Origin: Phycisphaerales bacterium | Lineage (GTDB): Bacteria; Planctomycetota; Phycisphaerae; Phycisphaerales; SM1A02 | Reading direction: 5' to 3' | Assembly (NCBI GenBank): GCA_049318425.1 | Contig: JBMOGJ010000005.1 | Location: 6,326 to 70,325, forward strand | DNA: 64,000 bases | Part shown: positions 45,357 through 56,673 of the stretch, one piece after another | How positions within the stretch are numbered: position 1 is the first letter of the stretch | How the letters are laid out: each line of letters begins with the position of its first letter | Program-made: the position numbers and the translations under genes | The notes under the pieces: model-generated | What the model saw: the letters and a program-made list of their open reading frames with translations, nothing else | Databases searched by the model: none | Told to the model about the DNA's origin: nothing

Positions 45357-46336
45357 TCAGACCACCCGCGCGAACTCCGCCTCGGGGATCTCCTCGCGCT
45401 GCAGGATCGGCTTCACCTCGGCCAGGAAGCGCCGCCCGTCCTCGACGTAGCCGGCGGTCGGCGCCAGCCCCGGCATCCGCTCCGTGAAGAACGCGTTCAG
45501 GCGCCGCATGAAGAGCTCGCGCACGAACTTCGCGCCCATCGAGGCGAGCGCGACCGGCAGGTGGCGGTCCTCGGCCTCGACCTCGAAGGAGATCACCAGC
45601 CCGTCGCCGACCTCGTAGGTGGAGCGCTCGTCGCTCTCCGCGATGGTCCGCACCCGCGCGCCGCGCGCGACGTGCTCCTCGAGCTCGCGCGCGTAGCCCG
45701 CGCGGCCGCCCTGGCGGTCGATCGCGAGGAACGCCGGCTCGTCGCCGCGCAGCAGGTCGACCTGCCGCGCCGCGTCGAACACGAGCGACATGTTCACATG
45801 CGCCTTGTTCGCGAGCGACCGGTAGAGCGCGTTGAAGTGGGGCGCGTCGAGCGCGCACACGCCGAACTGCGCGAGCTCGATCGATGCGCGCTCGAGCGTG
45901 CGCCGCACCACCGCGCGCGCGATCGCGATCTCGCCCGCGGTGTGCGCGTCGGGCAGCCCGAGCTCGAGCGCGTGCCACGGCGTCGCGGCGGCGGCGCGCG
46001 CGTGCACGCCGAGATGGGCGAACAGCGCGCCGTCGGTCGCGATCTCCGCCTGCGCGAACGCGAGCACGCCGCGCTCGAGATGCACGAGCGGCTGCTTGCC
46101 GGCGCTCTTCAGCTTCTTGCTGTCGGCGACGGCGATGCGGCGCTTGGCGTCCCTCGGCGCGCGGCAGACGCCGGCGGCGAGCAGCTTCCACAGGTCGCTC
46201 GGCGCTCCGCCGGCGGCGTGGGCGGCGCGGCGTGCGGCGCCATCGCCGTCGCCATCGGCGAGGCGGAACGCGCTCGCGCCAACGCACAGCGGCCCGAGCA
46301 GGGGGCCGTAGCCGGCTTCATCGATGCCTGCGTAGA

Positions 46337-46340
<4 letters not shown>
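45357..46340 (-). CDS. Divergent RNase HII-family protein (327 aa)
   Basis: GIDEAGYGPLLGPLCVGASAF, VADSKKLK and DRHLPVALASMGAKFVRE resemble the RNase HII motifs DEAGRG, DSKxL and D...AASIxAK. The GTG start overlaps the mnmA stop (GTGA). Confidence 0.6.
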
Positions 46341-47440
<1,100 letters not shown>

Positions 47441-47485
47441 GCGCGGAGTCTACGGCCTACGGCCGCGGTGCACGCCGTCCACCGC

Positions 47486-48556
<1,071 letters not shown>

Positions 48557-48641
48557 GGTGGTTCCGGAGGGGCTCGAAATGAAGCGGGCGCTCCCGCCGA
48601 GGGGAGCGCCCGCAAATGTAGCACTTCGATGGGGGCGCGGC

Positions 48642-50666
48642 TCAGCCGCTGGCGAGCATCCGGCGCGACGGCTTGGCGGCGACATCCGCCTCCTGCTGGC
48701 GGCGCATCTCCTCGGTCGCGGCGAACTCCTCGCCGAACCGCACGAGCCGCAGCGAGTTCGCGATCACGAACACGTAGGCGACCGCCTGGTAGAACGGCGT
48801 GACCCAGATGTCGAGGCGACCGGTCGCCGCGAGCGCGAGACCGACGATGGCGAGCAGGATCGCGACCGTGATGTTCAGCGCGACCACCGACTTCGCCTTG
48901 CGCGCGATCTCGAGCAGGAACGGGATGTTCCGCAGGTCGTCGTTCATGAGCGCGACGCCCGCGCTGTTGGTCGCGATGTCGGAGCCCGACAGGCCCATCG
49001 CCACGCCGACGTCGGCGGTCGCGAGGATCGGTCCGTCGTTGATGCCGTCGCCGACCACGAGCGTGCGGTGGCCCTTGCGCATGAGGTACTTCAGCTCCTC
49101 GTGCTTCTCCTCGGGCAGGCACTCGGCCTCGATCGCGTCGACGCCGACCGCCTGGCCGACGCGCGTCGCCACCGGAAGGCGGTCGCCCGTGAAGATCGCC
49201 ACGCGCCGGACCCCGAGCTCGCGCAGCTTCGAGACGACCTCGCCCGCGTTGCGGCGGAGCTTGTCCTCGAGGCCGACGGCGCCGAGGTAGTGGCCGCCCG
49301 CCATCACGTGCACGCCCGACATGCCCTCGATCTTCGCCTCGACGGCGCGGACCTCGGCGGCGAGCGACGGCTGCAGCTCGACGATCCACGCGCCGCGCCC
49401 GGCGAAGATCTCGCCCGACGCGGTGGTCGCGGCGACGCCGCGGCCGTGGATCTCGCGGTACGCGGTGATCGCCTGCGGCGCGATGCGCGCGCGCTCGGCG
49501 GTCTCGAGGATCGACTTCGCGAGCGGGTGGTTCGACGACTGCTCCGCGTCGGCCGCGGCCTGGAGCAGGGTGGCTCCGTCCACGCCGTCGTTCGGCGCGA
49601 GGCGGCTCACCGCGAACTTGCCGGTGGTGAGCGTGCCCGTCTTGTCCATGACCACGGTGTCGATGTCCGCGGCGCTCTCGAGCGTGCGGGTCTGCTTGAT
49701 CATCACGCCGAGGCGCGCGGCCGCGGCGAACGCCGCCACCATCGCCGTCGGGTACGCGATGAGCAGGGCGCCCGGGCAGGTCACGACCAGCACCGTGATC
49801 GCGCGCTCGGCGGCCACGGCCTTCGCGTCGGGCGAGCCCGACTTCGCGGTGAAGAACCACACGATGAGCGCCACCATGAGGACGACCGGCACGTAGTAGC
49901 CGGCGATGCGCTCGATGAGCTCCTGGCGCCGTCCCTTGGTGCTCTCCGCCTCGCGGATGAGCTTCTCGACCTTGCCGATGGTGGTCTCGCCCTTGACGGC
50001 GGTGACCTCGACATCGATCTGGCCGGTGAGGTTCGTGGTGCCCGCGTACACCGAGACGCCGGGCTGGACCTCGATCGGCACCGCCTCGCCGGTCAGCGAC
50101 GCCTGGTTGACGCTCGAGGTTCCCGAGCGCACCACGCCGTCGGCGGGGAGGTTCTCGCCGGGACGCACGCGCACGATCGAGCCCGCGCGCACCTCGGCGA
50201 GCGAGACCTCGCGCTCGGCGCCGCCCGCGTCGACCAGGCGCGCGATGTCGGGCGTGAGCTCGAGCAGGTCGCGGATCGCGCGCTGCGCGCCCCACGCCGT
50301 GCGCGAGAGCACGAGTTCGGAGAACCACAGGAAGAACGCCAGGAAGCCCGCCGCCAGGTAGAGCTCGTTCGCGATCGCCGCGAAGACCGCCAGGCTCGCG
50401 AGGCTGTCGCTCGAGGCGCGGCCCTCGCGGAGCTCCCCGAGGGCGCCCTTCGCGAGCGGCACCACCAGCACCAGCGCGCCGATCAGGGCCGGGATGTCGC
50501 TGACCGACTTCTCGATCCCGAACATCCCAGAGACCCAGGCGGCGAGCAGGAGCATGCCGCCGAGCAGCGCGACGAAGAGCTGGCGCTCGAGGCGCTCCGC
50601 TCCGCCGGCATCGTCGGCGCCGGTGCGAGCAGAGGAATCCATGGAGATCGTGGAGAGGGTCGACAT
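48642..50666 (-). CDS. P1B-type (heavy-metal-like) P-type ATPase without an N-terminal metal-binding domain
   Basis: [26 protein letters not shown]. The transmembrane motif reads [12 protein letters not shown] instead of the usual CPC...TPT. Confidence 0.9.
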   Translation of the reverse strand: MSTLSTISMDSSARTGADDAGGAERLERQLFVALLGGMLLLAAWVSGMFGIEKSVSDIPALIGALVLVVPLAKGALGELREGRASSDSLASLAVFAAIANELYLAAGFLAFFLWFSELVLSRTAWGAQRAIRDLLELTPDIARLVDAGGAEREVSLAEVRAGSIVRVRPGENLPADGVVRSGTSSVNQASLTGEAVPIEVQPGVSVYAGTTNLTGQIDVEVTAVKGETTIGKVEKLIREAESTKGRRQELIERIAGYYVPVVLMVALIVWFFTAKSGSPDAKAVAAERAITVLVVTCPGALLIAYPTAMVAAFAAAARLGVMIKQTRTLESAADIDTVVMDKTGTLTTGKFAVSRLAPNDGVDGATLLQAAADAEQSSNHPLAKSILETAERARIAPQAITAYREIHGRGVAATTASGEIFAGRGAWIVELQPSLAAEVRAVEAKIEGMSGVHVMAGGHYLGAVGLEDKLRRNAGEVVSKLRELGVRRVAIFTGDRLPVATRVGQAVGVDAIEAECLPEEKHEELKYLMRKGHRTLVVGDGINDGPILATADVGVAMGLSGSDIATNSAGVALMNDDLRNIPFLLEIARKAKSVVALNITVAILLAIVGLALAATGRLDIWVTPFYQAVAYVFVIANSLRLVRFGEEFAATEEMRRQQEADVAAKPSRRMLASG

Positions 50667-50796
50667 GGTGGAGTTCCGCGGGCTGCGAAGGGTAGCAGAG
50701 GCTCCGACGCGCCGCGCGGAAGGTTCCCCGGCCCGCCCGCCCCCGGAACCGCTCCCGAAAGGACTTCTAGACCCGACGCTCGGTTATCCTGCGCCC

Positions 50797-51801
50797 GTGC
50801 AATCCGAGCCCGAACATGTCGCGATCGTCGGCGACGGCCAGATGGCCCTCGTCCTCACCGATGTGCTGGCGACGCGCGGCATCGCGACCACCATGGTCTC
50901 GCCGTTCGCCGACGCGGCGGCGCGGATCGCGTCCACCCGCACCAGCGAGCGCCTGCCCGGCTTCCGCGTGCCCGAGGCGCTTCGCGTGACCTCGGACCCC
51001 GCGTGCCTGTCCGACGCGACGCTCGTGGTGTGCGCGATCCCGACCCAGTTCATCCGCCCGACCTTCGCCCGCATGGCGCCGGCGCTCCGGCCCGCGGTGC
51101 CGATCGTGAGCATCGCCAAGGGCATCGAGGTGGAGTCGTTCCGCCTCCCGTGCGACATCCTCGCCGAGGTCTGCGGCGCCCGCCCGATCGCGGCGCTCAG
51201 TGGCCCGACCATCGCCGCCGAGCTCGCGCGCCGTCTGCCCGCGGTGCTGGTCGCCGCGAGCGGGGACGCGCCCCTGACCGCCCGCGTCCAGGCCGCCTTC
51301 ACCTCGCCGTGGACCAAGATCTACCAGTCGAACGACCTCGTGGGCGTCGAGCTCGCGGGTGCCTGCAAGAACGTGATCGCGATCGCCGCCGGCGTCGCCG
51401 ACGGCATGGGCCTCGGCACCAACGCCAAGAGCGCGCTGCTCGCGCGCGGCCTCGCCGAGATCGCGCGCATCGGCGTGGTCCTCGGCGGCAAGGTGGAGAC
51501 CTTCTTCGGCGTCGCCGGCGCGGGCGACCTCGCGACCACCTGCTTCGCCCCCGAGGGGCGCAACCGCAGCTTCGGCGAGCGCCTTGGCCGCGGCGAGAAG
51601 GTCGCCGACGCGCTGTCGAGCACGATCTCGGTCGTCGAGGGCGTGCCCACCGCGCGCGCGCTCGTGCGCATCGCGCGCGAGCACGGCGTCGAGCTGCCCA
51701 TCTGCGAGGCGGTGTCGGCGATGGTCTTCGACGGGCTCGACCCGCACGAGGCGCTCGGGCAGCTCATGCGCCGCGCCAGCACGACCGAGCGGATCGGCTG
51801 A
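50797..51801 (+). CDS. gpsA: NAD(P)H-dependent glycerol-3-phosphate dehydrogenase
   Basis: LSGPTIAAELA, GACKNVIAIAAGVADGMGLGTNAKSALLARGLAE and EGVPTARAL. GTG start at 50797 within ORF 50494..51801. Confidence 0.9.
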   Translation: MQSEPEHVAIVGDGQMALVLTDVLATRGIATTMVSPFADAAARIASTRTSERLPGFRVPEALRVTSDPACLSDATLVVCAIPTQFIRPTFARMAPALRPAVPIVSIAKGIEVESFRLPCDILAEVCGARPIAALSGPTIAAELARRLPAVLVAASGDAPLTARVQAAFTSPWTKIYQSNDLVGVELAGACKNVIAIAAGVADGMGLGTNAKSALLARGLAEIARIGVVLGGKVETFFGVAGAGDLATTCFAPEGRNRSFGERLGRGEKVADALSSTISVVEGVPTARALVRIAREHGVELPICEAVSAMVFDGLDPHEALGQLMRRASTTERIG

Positions 51802-51821
51802 GCGACGGCCCGTCCGCGCTT

Positions 51822-51863
51822 ACTCGTCCGCGCCGACTCGTCCGTGGCTACTCGTCCTCGCCG
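51822..51863. repeat. 14-bp x3 imperfect tandem repeat covering the ptsH stop codon and downstream spacer
   Basis: actcgtcc occurs at 51822, 51836 and 51850. The third copy is the real GAC GAG TAG end of ptsH read on the minus strand. Confidence 0.8.
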
Positions 51864-52123
51864 AACTTCGACTCCACCAGCCGCACCAGCGCGGCGATGG
51901 CCTCGACCTCGTCGCCGCCGTCGGCGGTGATCTCGATGATCGTCCCGCAGGTGCCGGCGAGCATGAGCATCTGCAGGATCGACTTGCCGTCGACGGTCTC
52001 GCCGTCGCCGCACTTCTTCACCGTGATCTCGGCGGCGAACCGCGACGCCTCCTCCACGAACGCCATCGCGGGCCGCGCATGCAGCCCGAGACGGTTGACG
52101 ATGGTGGTCTGCGCCGAAAGCAT
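51848..52123 (-). CDS. ptsH: Phosphocarrier protein HPr/NPr
   Basis: VNRLGLHARPA carries the active-site His. 91 aa. Confidence 0.9.
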   Translation of the reverse strand: MLSAQTTIVNRLGLHARPAMAFVEEASRFAAEITVKKCGDGETVDGKSILQMLMLAGTCGTIIEITADGGDEVEAIAALVRLVESKFGEDE

Positions 52124-52132
52124 GTTCGGCGC

Positions 52133-52609
52133 TCAGCGGGCGACCTGGCCCGCATCCGCCTCGTCGAGCAGCGTCACGACGTCCTTGGTCGCGGTCGCCT
52201 GGCGCAGGAAGCGCCGGAACTGGTCCTTCGAGAGGTGCGAGAAGATCGCCTGGATCGCGTCGAGATGCAGCTCCGGCTTGTCCTCGGGCGAGACGAGCAG
52301 GAAGATCGAGTAGACCGGCTGCTTGTCGAGCGAGTTGAAGTCGACGCCGCCGCGGCTCACGCCGATGGCGGCGATCGGCGACTTGACCGCGGTCGTCTTG
52401 GTGTGCGGGATCGCGACGCCGTGGTTCAGGCCGGTCGAGCCCTTGTTCTCGCGGGCGATGATGGCCTTGGCGAAGGTGTCGCGCATGTCGGCGGACACCT
52501 TGCCGGAGGACACGAGCGCGTCGAGGAGTTCCTTGATCGCGTCGTCGCGCTTGGTGGCGACGAGGTTCGGGACGATGGCCTTCTCGACGACGATGTCTCG
52601 GAGTTTCAT
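52133..52609 (-). CDS. ptsN: PTS IIA-Ntr type nitrogen regulatory protein
   Basis: GSTGLNHGVAIPHTK is the phosphorylation-site motif. 158 aa. It lies between hpf and ptsH. Confidence 0.88.
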   Translation of the reverse strand: MKLRDIVVEKAIVPNLVATKRDDAIKELLDALVSSGKVSADMRDTFAKAIIARENKGSTGLNHGVAIPHTKTTAVKSPIAAIGVSRGGVDFNSLDKQPVYSIFLLVSPEDKPELHLDAIQAIFSHLSKDQFRRFLRQATATKDVVTLLDEADAGQVAR

Positions 52610-52627
52610 GGGTGGGTTCCGCCGAGG

Positions 52628-52930
52628 TCAGTGGCCGTGCTTGTGGTCGCGGGTGCGCTGCTTGTGCTCGACGAGCTGTCGGGCCTCGCGGTCGACGGCG
52701 AGGTCGATGGCGGCGTACAGGTCGGCGTCGCGGTAGTTCACGATGAAGTCGTCATGGTGCTCGACGTCGACGATGAACTCGACGTGGAAGCCGTTGTGCT
52801 CCTTCTCGATCACGCAGTCGATCGACTGGACCTTGTCGAAGTAGCGCGTGAGGCGCTCGCACTTCTTGCGGACGTAGCCGTCGATGGCGTCGGTGATCTC
52901 GAGGTGCTTGCCCTTGACGTTGATCTGCAT
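52628..52930 (-). CDS. hpf: Ribosome hibernation promoting factor (HPF/RaiA, short form)
   Basis: MQINVKGKHLEITDAIDGYVRKKCERLTRYFDKV is very close to the canonical HPF N-terminus. 100 aa. Confidence 0.9.
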   Translation of the reverse strand: MQINVKGKHLEITDAIDGYVRKKCERLTRYFDKVQSIDCVIEKEHNGFHVEFIVDVEHHDDFIVNYRDADLYAAIDLAVDREARQLVEHKQRTRDHKHGH

Positions 52931-52980
52931 GGTGTCCCTTTCGGTGGGCGGTCTGTCTGGCCGGCGCTCGTGCCCGGATG

Positions 52981-53865
52981 TCACGAAGGCCGTGGGGATT
53001 GATTCGGTGCGGCGGTCGGATTGGCTGCGGAGACGGGCTTGTCGCCCGGCACCACGACGCCCGCCGAGACAAGGTAGCGGAGCGCCTCGTCGACGGAGAT
53101 CGGGATCTCGCGTACATCGGCGCGCGGGACGGTCACGGTCCAACCGGAGAACGGGGCGGGGGAGTTCGGCACGAACACGCTCACCGAGTCGCCGCACGCG
53201 GCCACGATCTCGGGGGTCGCGTCGCCGGTGACCAGGCCCATCTGCCACAGGCCCGGGCGCGGATACTCGATCATCACCACGCGGTTGAAGTTGAGCTTCT
53301 TGTTCTCGCTGCCGAAGAGGAACTCGACCACCTGCTTGAGCGCGGGGTACACGGAGCGGATCCCGGGCACCGTGAGCAGGCCGGACTCGAACGCCGCGAG
53401 CAGCTTGCGCCCGAGGAAGCCACCGACCAGCCGGCCGAGGACGTAGACCGCCACGATCGCGAGCGCCAGTCCCGCGAGGTCGAGGTACCAGCGCGCCTCC
53501 CACCACGCGTCGACGTTGGCGCGGGTCGCGCGCCACGAGGCCGACGCGCGCGAGTCGTCGAGGCGGAGCCGCGCGGCGCGCTGCTGCTCGGCGAGGATCT
53601 CCTCCTCGCCCGGGGCGAACTGCGGGAGCGTGCCGCCGTCGGCGGCCGCCGAGATCGCCAGCCGCACGCCCATGTTGATCGGCTCCGCGATGTTGTTGTC
53701 GACGAAGCGGAACGCCGTCACCAGGATCCACAGCGTGAGCACGCTGGGCAGGATCACGCCGAGCCCGCGGATGAAGAACCGCCCCGCGCCGCTGCGCTTG
53801 GGAGCCGTCGGTCCGCGGCCGCTGGGCGCGTTCGGAGTGGTGGCCTGGTTCGTGACCGGAGTCAT
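52981..53865 (-). CDS. DUF502 domain-containing membrane protein
   Basis: IRSVYPALKQVVEF, VVMIEYPRPGLWQMGLVT and VFVPNSPAPFSGWTVTVP are DUF502 hallmarks. There is an extra segment of about 70 aa between the two TM helices. Confidence 0.75.
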   Translation of the reverse strand: MTPVTNQATTPNAPSGRGPTAPKRSGAGRFFIRGLGVILPSVLTLWILVTAFRFVDNNIAEPINMGVRLAISAAADGGTLPQFAPGEEEILAEQQRAARLRLDDSRASASWRATRANVDAWWEARWYLDLAGLALAIVAVYVLGRLVGGFLGRKLLAAFESGLLTVPGIRSVYPALKQVVEFLFGSENKKLNFNRVVMIEYPRPGLWQMGLVTGDATPEIVAACGDSVSVFVPNSPAPFSGWTVTVPRADVREIPISVDEALRYLVSAGVVVPGDKPVSAANPTAAPNQSPRPS

Positions 53866-53961
53866 GCGGCGAGTGTAGCAATCGCGATGGTGCGCGGGCG
53901 GCGCGCGACGGCGTCCGATCGGCGCGTCGCGTCGGGTCGCGGCTCCGTTCCTTCGCCGCGC

Positions 53962-55572
53962 TCAGCTGCCGAGCGCGCGCGGCGTCACGTCGAGCGAGCG
54001 CTCGCGGTCGTCCCTGCGGAAGCGGACGGCGACCTTGCGCCCGACCTCGAGCTTCGCCACCACCAGCAGCATCTCGTCGCGGTTGCGCACCGGCGTGCCG
54101 TCGACCTCGATGATGACGTCGCCCACGCGCAGCCCCGCCGCCTTCGCCGCCGACTTGATCACGAACGACTTGATGCGCACGCCGTCGCCCGCGTCCTCGA
54201 TGGTGATGCCGAGCGAGGCGTCGTCGCGCTCGATGGAATCGTCGATCTCGCCGCGGTCGGTCATCCAGGTGCGCCAGCGTTCCTCGACGCGCGCGAGCGG
54301 CTCGCCGAAGGTCTTCTCGATCGCGGCGCGGCCGTCGGGGTCGTCGCTCCAGGTGGCGCCGAGCTGCCGGTAGAACTCCTCGAGCTTCCGCTCGCGCGCG
54401 AGGAACTCGAAGATCGACCGCACCAGCGGGTAGAGCCGATCGGCGTCGTTCATGAAGCCCGTGCCCGAGAGGGCGAACAGCTCGCTCCAGCGCATCGCCG
54501 TCCGCGAGGTCACCTGCTTGCGCGCGATGTTGAAGCGGATGTTGGGGTGGAACTCGATGCCGCCATCGGGCCGCAGCGTGTAGTCCTCGTACAGGCTGGC
54601 GAGTCCCTCCTGCACCCAGATCGGATGGCGCTGCCCGGTGCGCTCCATGTGCGCGAAGTGCATCAGGTGCACGAACTCGTGCTGAAGGCTCTGGCCCGCG
54701 TCGCGCGAGACCAGCCGGCGCGCGCTGTGGAGGTACATGCCCCGCACCTCCGGGCGCTCGAGGTAGTCCTTCGCGTCGGACGGGCGCACGATCGCGACCA
54801 GCACCGGGTCGCTCGGCGGCTTGCCGAAGTACGCGCGCAGCAGATGGTCGCCGAGCGCGTCGAGGTTGCGCTTCATGCGCTCGTGCGACGCCTCGTCGAG
54901 GAAGGTCGCGTAGGCGATGCTGCCGTCGGCGCCCTTGTCGTAGCGGTAGCCCGTGGTGTCGGTGAACTCCTCGGGATGGGCGGCCTTCCAGGCGGCGACC
55001 GGGTCGGGGGCGCGCCCGCGTCGGCCGCGGCCCGACGGTGCCGCCGGCGAGGAGGACGACGGCCCGGAGCGGCCGTCCTTCTCGAGCCGCTCGCGCGCCT
55101 CCATGATCGCCTCGTAGGTGCGCGAGGCGCGGATCGGCTCGAGGTCCTCGTCGGCCTCCATCGTGTCGAAGTCGCGGAAGCCCGCCTTGAGCGACTCCAT
55201 CAGGCGCTGCTCGGCCGCCGCGAGCTTGCCGAGCTGCGCCAGCACGCACGCCGAGTTGTAGAGCAGGATCGGATCGCGGACGCCCTCGGCGAGCCGCGCC
55301 TCGATGAGTCGGTCCGCCTCGGCGAAGTCGCGCCGCTGCAGCGCGCGCTCGAGTGCGTCGGTCGCGGCGTCGCCATCGGTGCGGCGGGTGGGCTTGGTGC
55401 GCGCGGGTTCACCGGCCGGGACGGCGGGCGCCTGCGCTTCGGCGGGCGTCGCGGCCGCCCACCACGGGGCGGACCCGATGGAGGCCCAGAGGCATGCCCA
55501 CACGCACGACCACACGCACGCGCGCACGCACGCCCAGCTGCACGCCCGCACACGCAGCGCGCGCACGCTCAC
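53962..55572 (-). CDS. Secreted HExxH metallopeptidase-like protein (DUF1570-like) with TPR-like N-region and C-terminal PDZ domain
   Basis: QHEFVHLMHF (HExxH). The C-terminal PDZ is LGITIEDAGDGVRIKSFVIKSAAKAAGLRVGDVIIEVDG. The GTG start at 55572 overlaps the purN stop (GTGA). The alternative start at 55623 is rejected. Confidence 0.7.
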   Translation of the reverse strand: MSVRALRVRACSWACVRACVWSCVWACLWASIGSAPWWAAATPAEAQAPAVPAGEPARTKPTRRTDGDAATDALERALQRRDFAEADRLIEARLAEGVRDPILLYNSACVLAQLGKLAAAEQRLMESLKAGFRDFDTMEADEDLEPIRASRTYEAIMEARERLEKDGRSGPSSSSPAAPSGRGRRGRAPDPVAAWKAAHPEEFTDTTGYRYDKGADGSIAYATFLDEASHERMKRNLDALGDHLLRAYFGKPPSDPVLVAIVRPSDAKDYLERPEVRGMYLHSARRLVSRDAGQSLQHEFVHLMHFAHMERTGQRHPIWVQEGLASLYEDYTLRPDGGIEFHPNIRFNIARKQVTSRTAMRWSELFALSGTGFMNDADRLYPLVRSIFEFLARERKLEEFYRQLGATWSDDPDGRAAIEKTFGEPLARVEERWRTWMTDRGEIDDSIERDDASLGITIEDAGDGVRIKSFVIKSAAKAAGLRVGDVIIEVDGTPVRNRDEMLLVVAKLEVGRKVAVRFRRDDRERSLDVTPRALGS

Positions 55573-56144
55573 GCGCGCACTCCGGCAAGCATCATGCGGA
55601 TTGCGTCGGGATACGCCTTGCATTCCTCGGTGAATACGCGCGCGGCGAGCGACTCCGGCGTGTCATCCGCCAAAACGGGGCAGGTTCGCACCAGGATCGC
55701 CGGTCCGCGGTCGTACTCCTCGTCGACCTCGTGCACGGTGCAGCCGCTCTCGGTCGCGCCCGCCGCGAGGACCGCGCGGTGCACCCGCAGCCCGTACATG
55801 CCGTGCCCGCCGAACTCGGGCAGGAGCCCGGGATGGATGTTCATGGTCCGGCCCGCCCAGCGGGTGCCCACCCGGAACCGCCGCAGATACCCCGCGAGGC
55901 ACACGAGCTCGACGCCCGCCGCGTCGAGCGCGGCGTCGATCCGGTCGGCAAGGCCATCGCCGGGCGGGAGCACCGCGACCCGCAGCCCCGCGGCGCGGCA
56001 GCGCTCCACGCCCTCGATCTCGTCGCGGTGGGCGATGACCAGCGCGACGCGCGCGTCGAGCTCCCCGCGCAGGCACGCCTGGTGGATGTTGAGCGCGCTC
56101 CGGCCGCCGCCGCTGATGAGGATGCCCAGGCGCGCGGCCGTCAC
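55569..56144 (-). CDS. purN: Phosphoribosylglycinamide formyltransferase
   Basis: LGILISGGGRSAL, MNIHPGLLPEFGGHGMYG and GCTVHEVDEEYDRGPIL-like motifs. The GTG start overlaps the thioesterase stop (GTGA). Confidence 0.9.
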   Translation of the reverse strand: MTAARLGILISGGGRSALNIHQACLRGELDARVALVIAHRDEIEGVERCRAAGLRVAVLPPGDGLADRIDAALDAAGVELVCLAGYLRRFRVGTRWAGRTMNIHPGLLPEFGGHGMYGLRVHRAVLAAGATESGCTVHEVDEEYDRGPAILVRTCPVLADDTPESLAARVFTEECKAYPDAIRMMLAGVRA

Positions 56145-56587
56145 GCGGATCCCGCCTTCGCCGGACCATCGCCGCGGTCCGGCTCCGCGCCGCGCGCGGC
56201 CGAGTCGCGGTAGGGGATCGACCGACCCTGCTCGTCGACCGACACCATGGTGAGCTGCGCCTCGGTCACGCGGACCCACGCGCCGTCCATGCGCTCGGCG
56301 TCGACCACCACCTGGATCGCGAGCGAGCTGCGGCCGAACCGGATCACGCGCGTCTTGCACTCCACCACCTCGCCGACGAACACCGGCGCCTTGAAGTCGA
56401 CGCGGTCGATGCTCGCCGTCACCCAGCGGTGCAGCCCGTGGTGCCGCGCCTCGATGTAGCCCGCCTGGTCGATGTGCGACAGGATGATGCCGCCGAAGAT
56501 GGAGCCCTGGTGGTTGGTGTCGCGCGGCATCATCAGGACGCGCAGCGCGAGCCTCGGGGCGGCGACGGGTGGGAACGCGGACGGCAT
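56141..56587 (-). CDS. Hotdog-fold acyl-CoA thioesterase (YciA-like)
   Basis: MPRDTNHQGSIFGGIILSHIDQAG...ASIDRVDFKAPVFVGEVV is typical. Confidence 0.85.
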   Translation of the reverse strand: MPSAFPPVAAPRLALRVLMMPRDTNHQGSIFGGIILSHIDQAGYIEARHHGLHRWVTASIDRVDFKAPVFVGEVVECKTRVIRFGRSSLAIQVVVDAERMDGAWVRVTEAQLTMVSVDEQGRSIPYRDSAARGAEPDRGDGPAKAGSA

Positions 56588-56673
56588 GGGGGCGATGGTA
56601 GCGGGTCGCGTCGCGCGGCCGCGCGGGCGCCGGGCGCTGCAGGCCTCCCGTCGAACCTGCCGATCACGGGAGG

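Noticed and set aside
55573-55623. Upstream start (55623) for the HExxH-PDZ protein.
   Set aside because: It would overlap purN by 55 nt. The GTG at 55572 forms the same GTGA stop-start overlap used repeatedly in this window and immediately precedes the hydrophobic signal segment.
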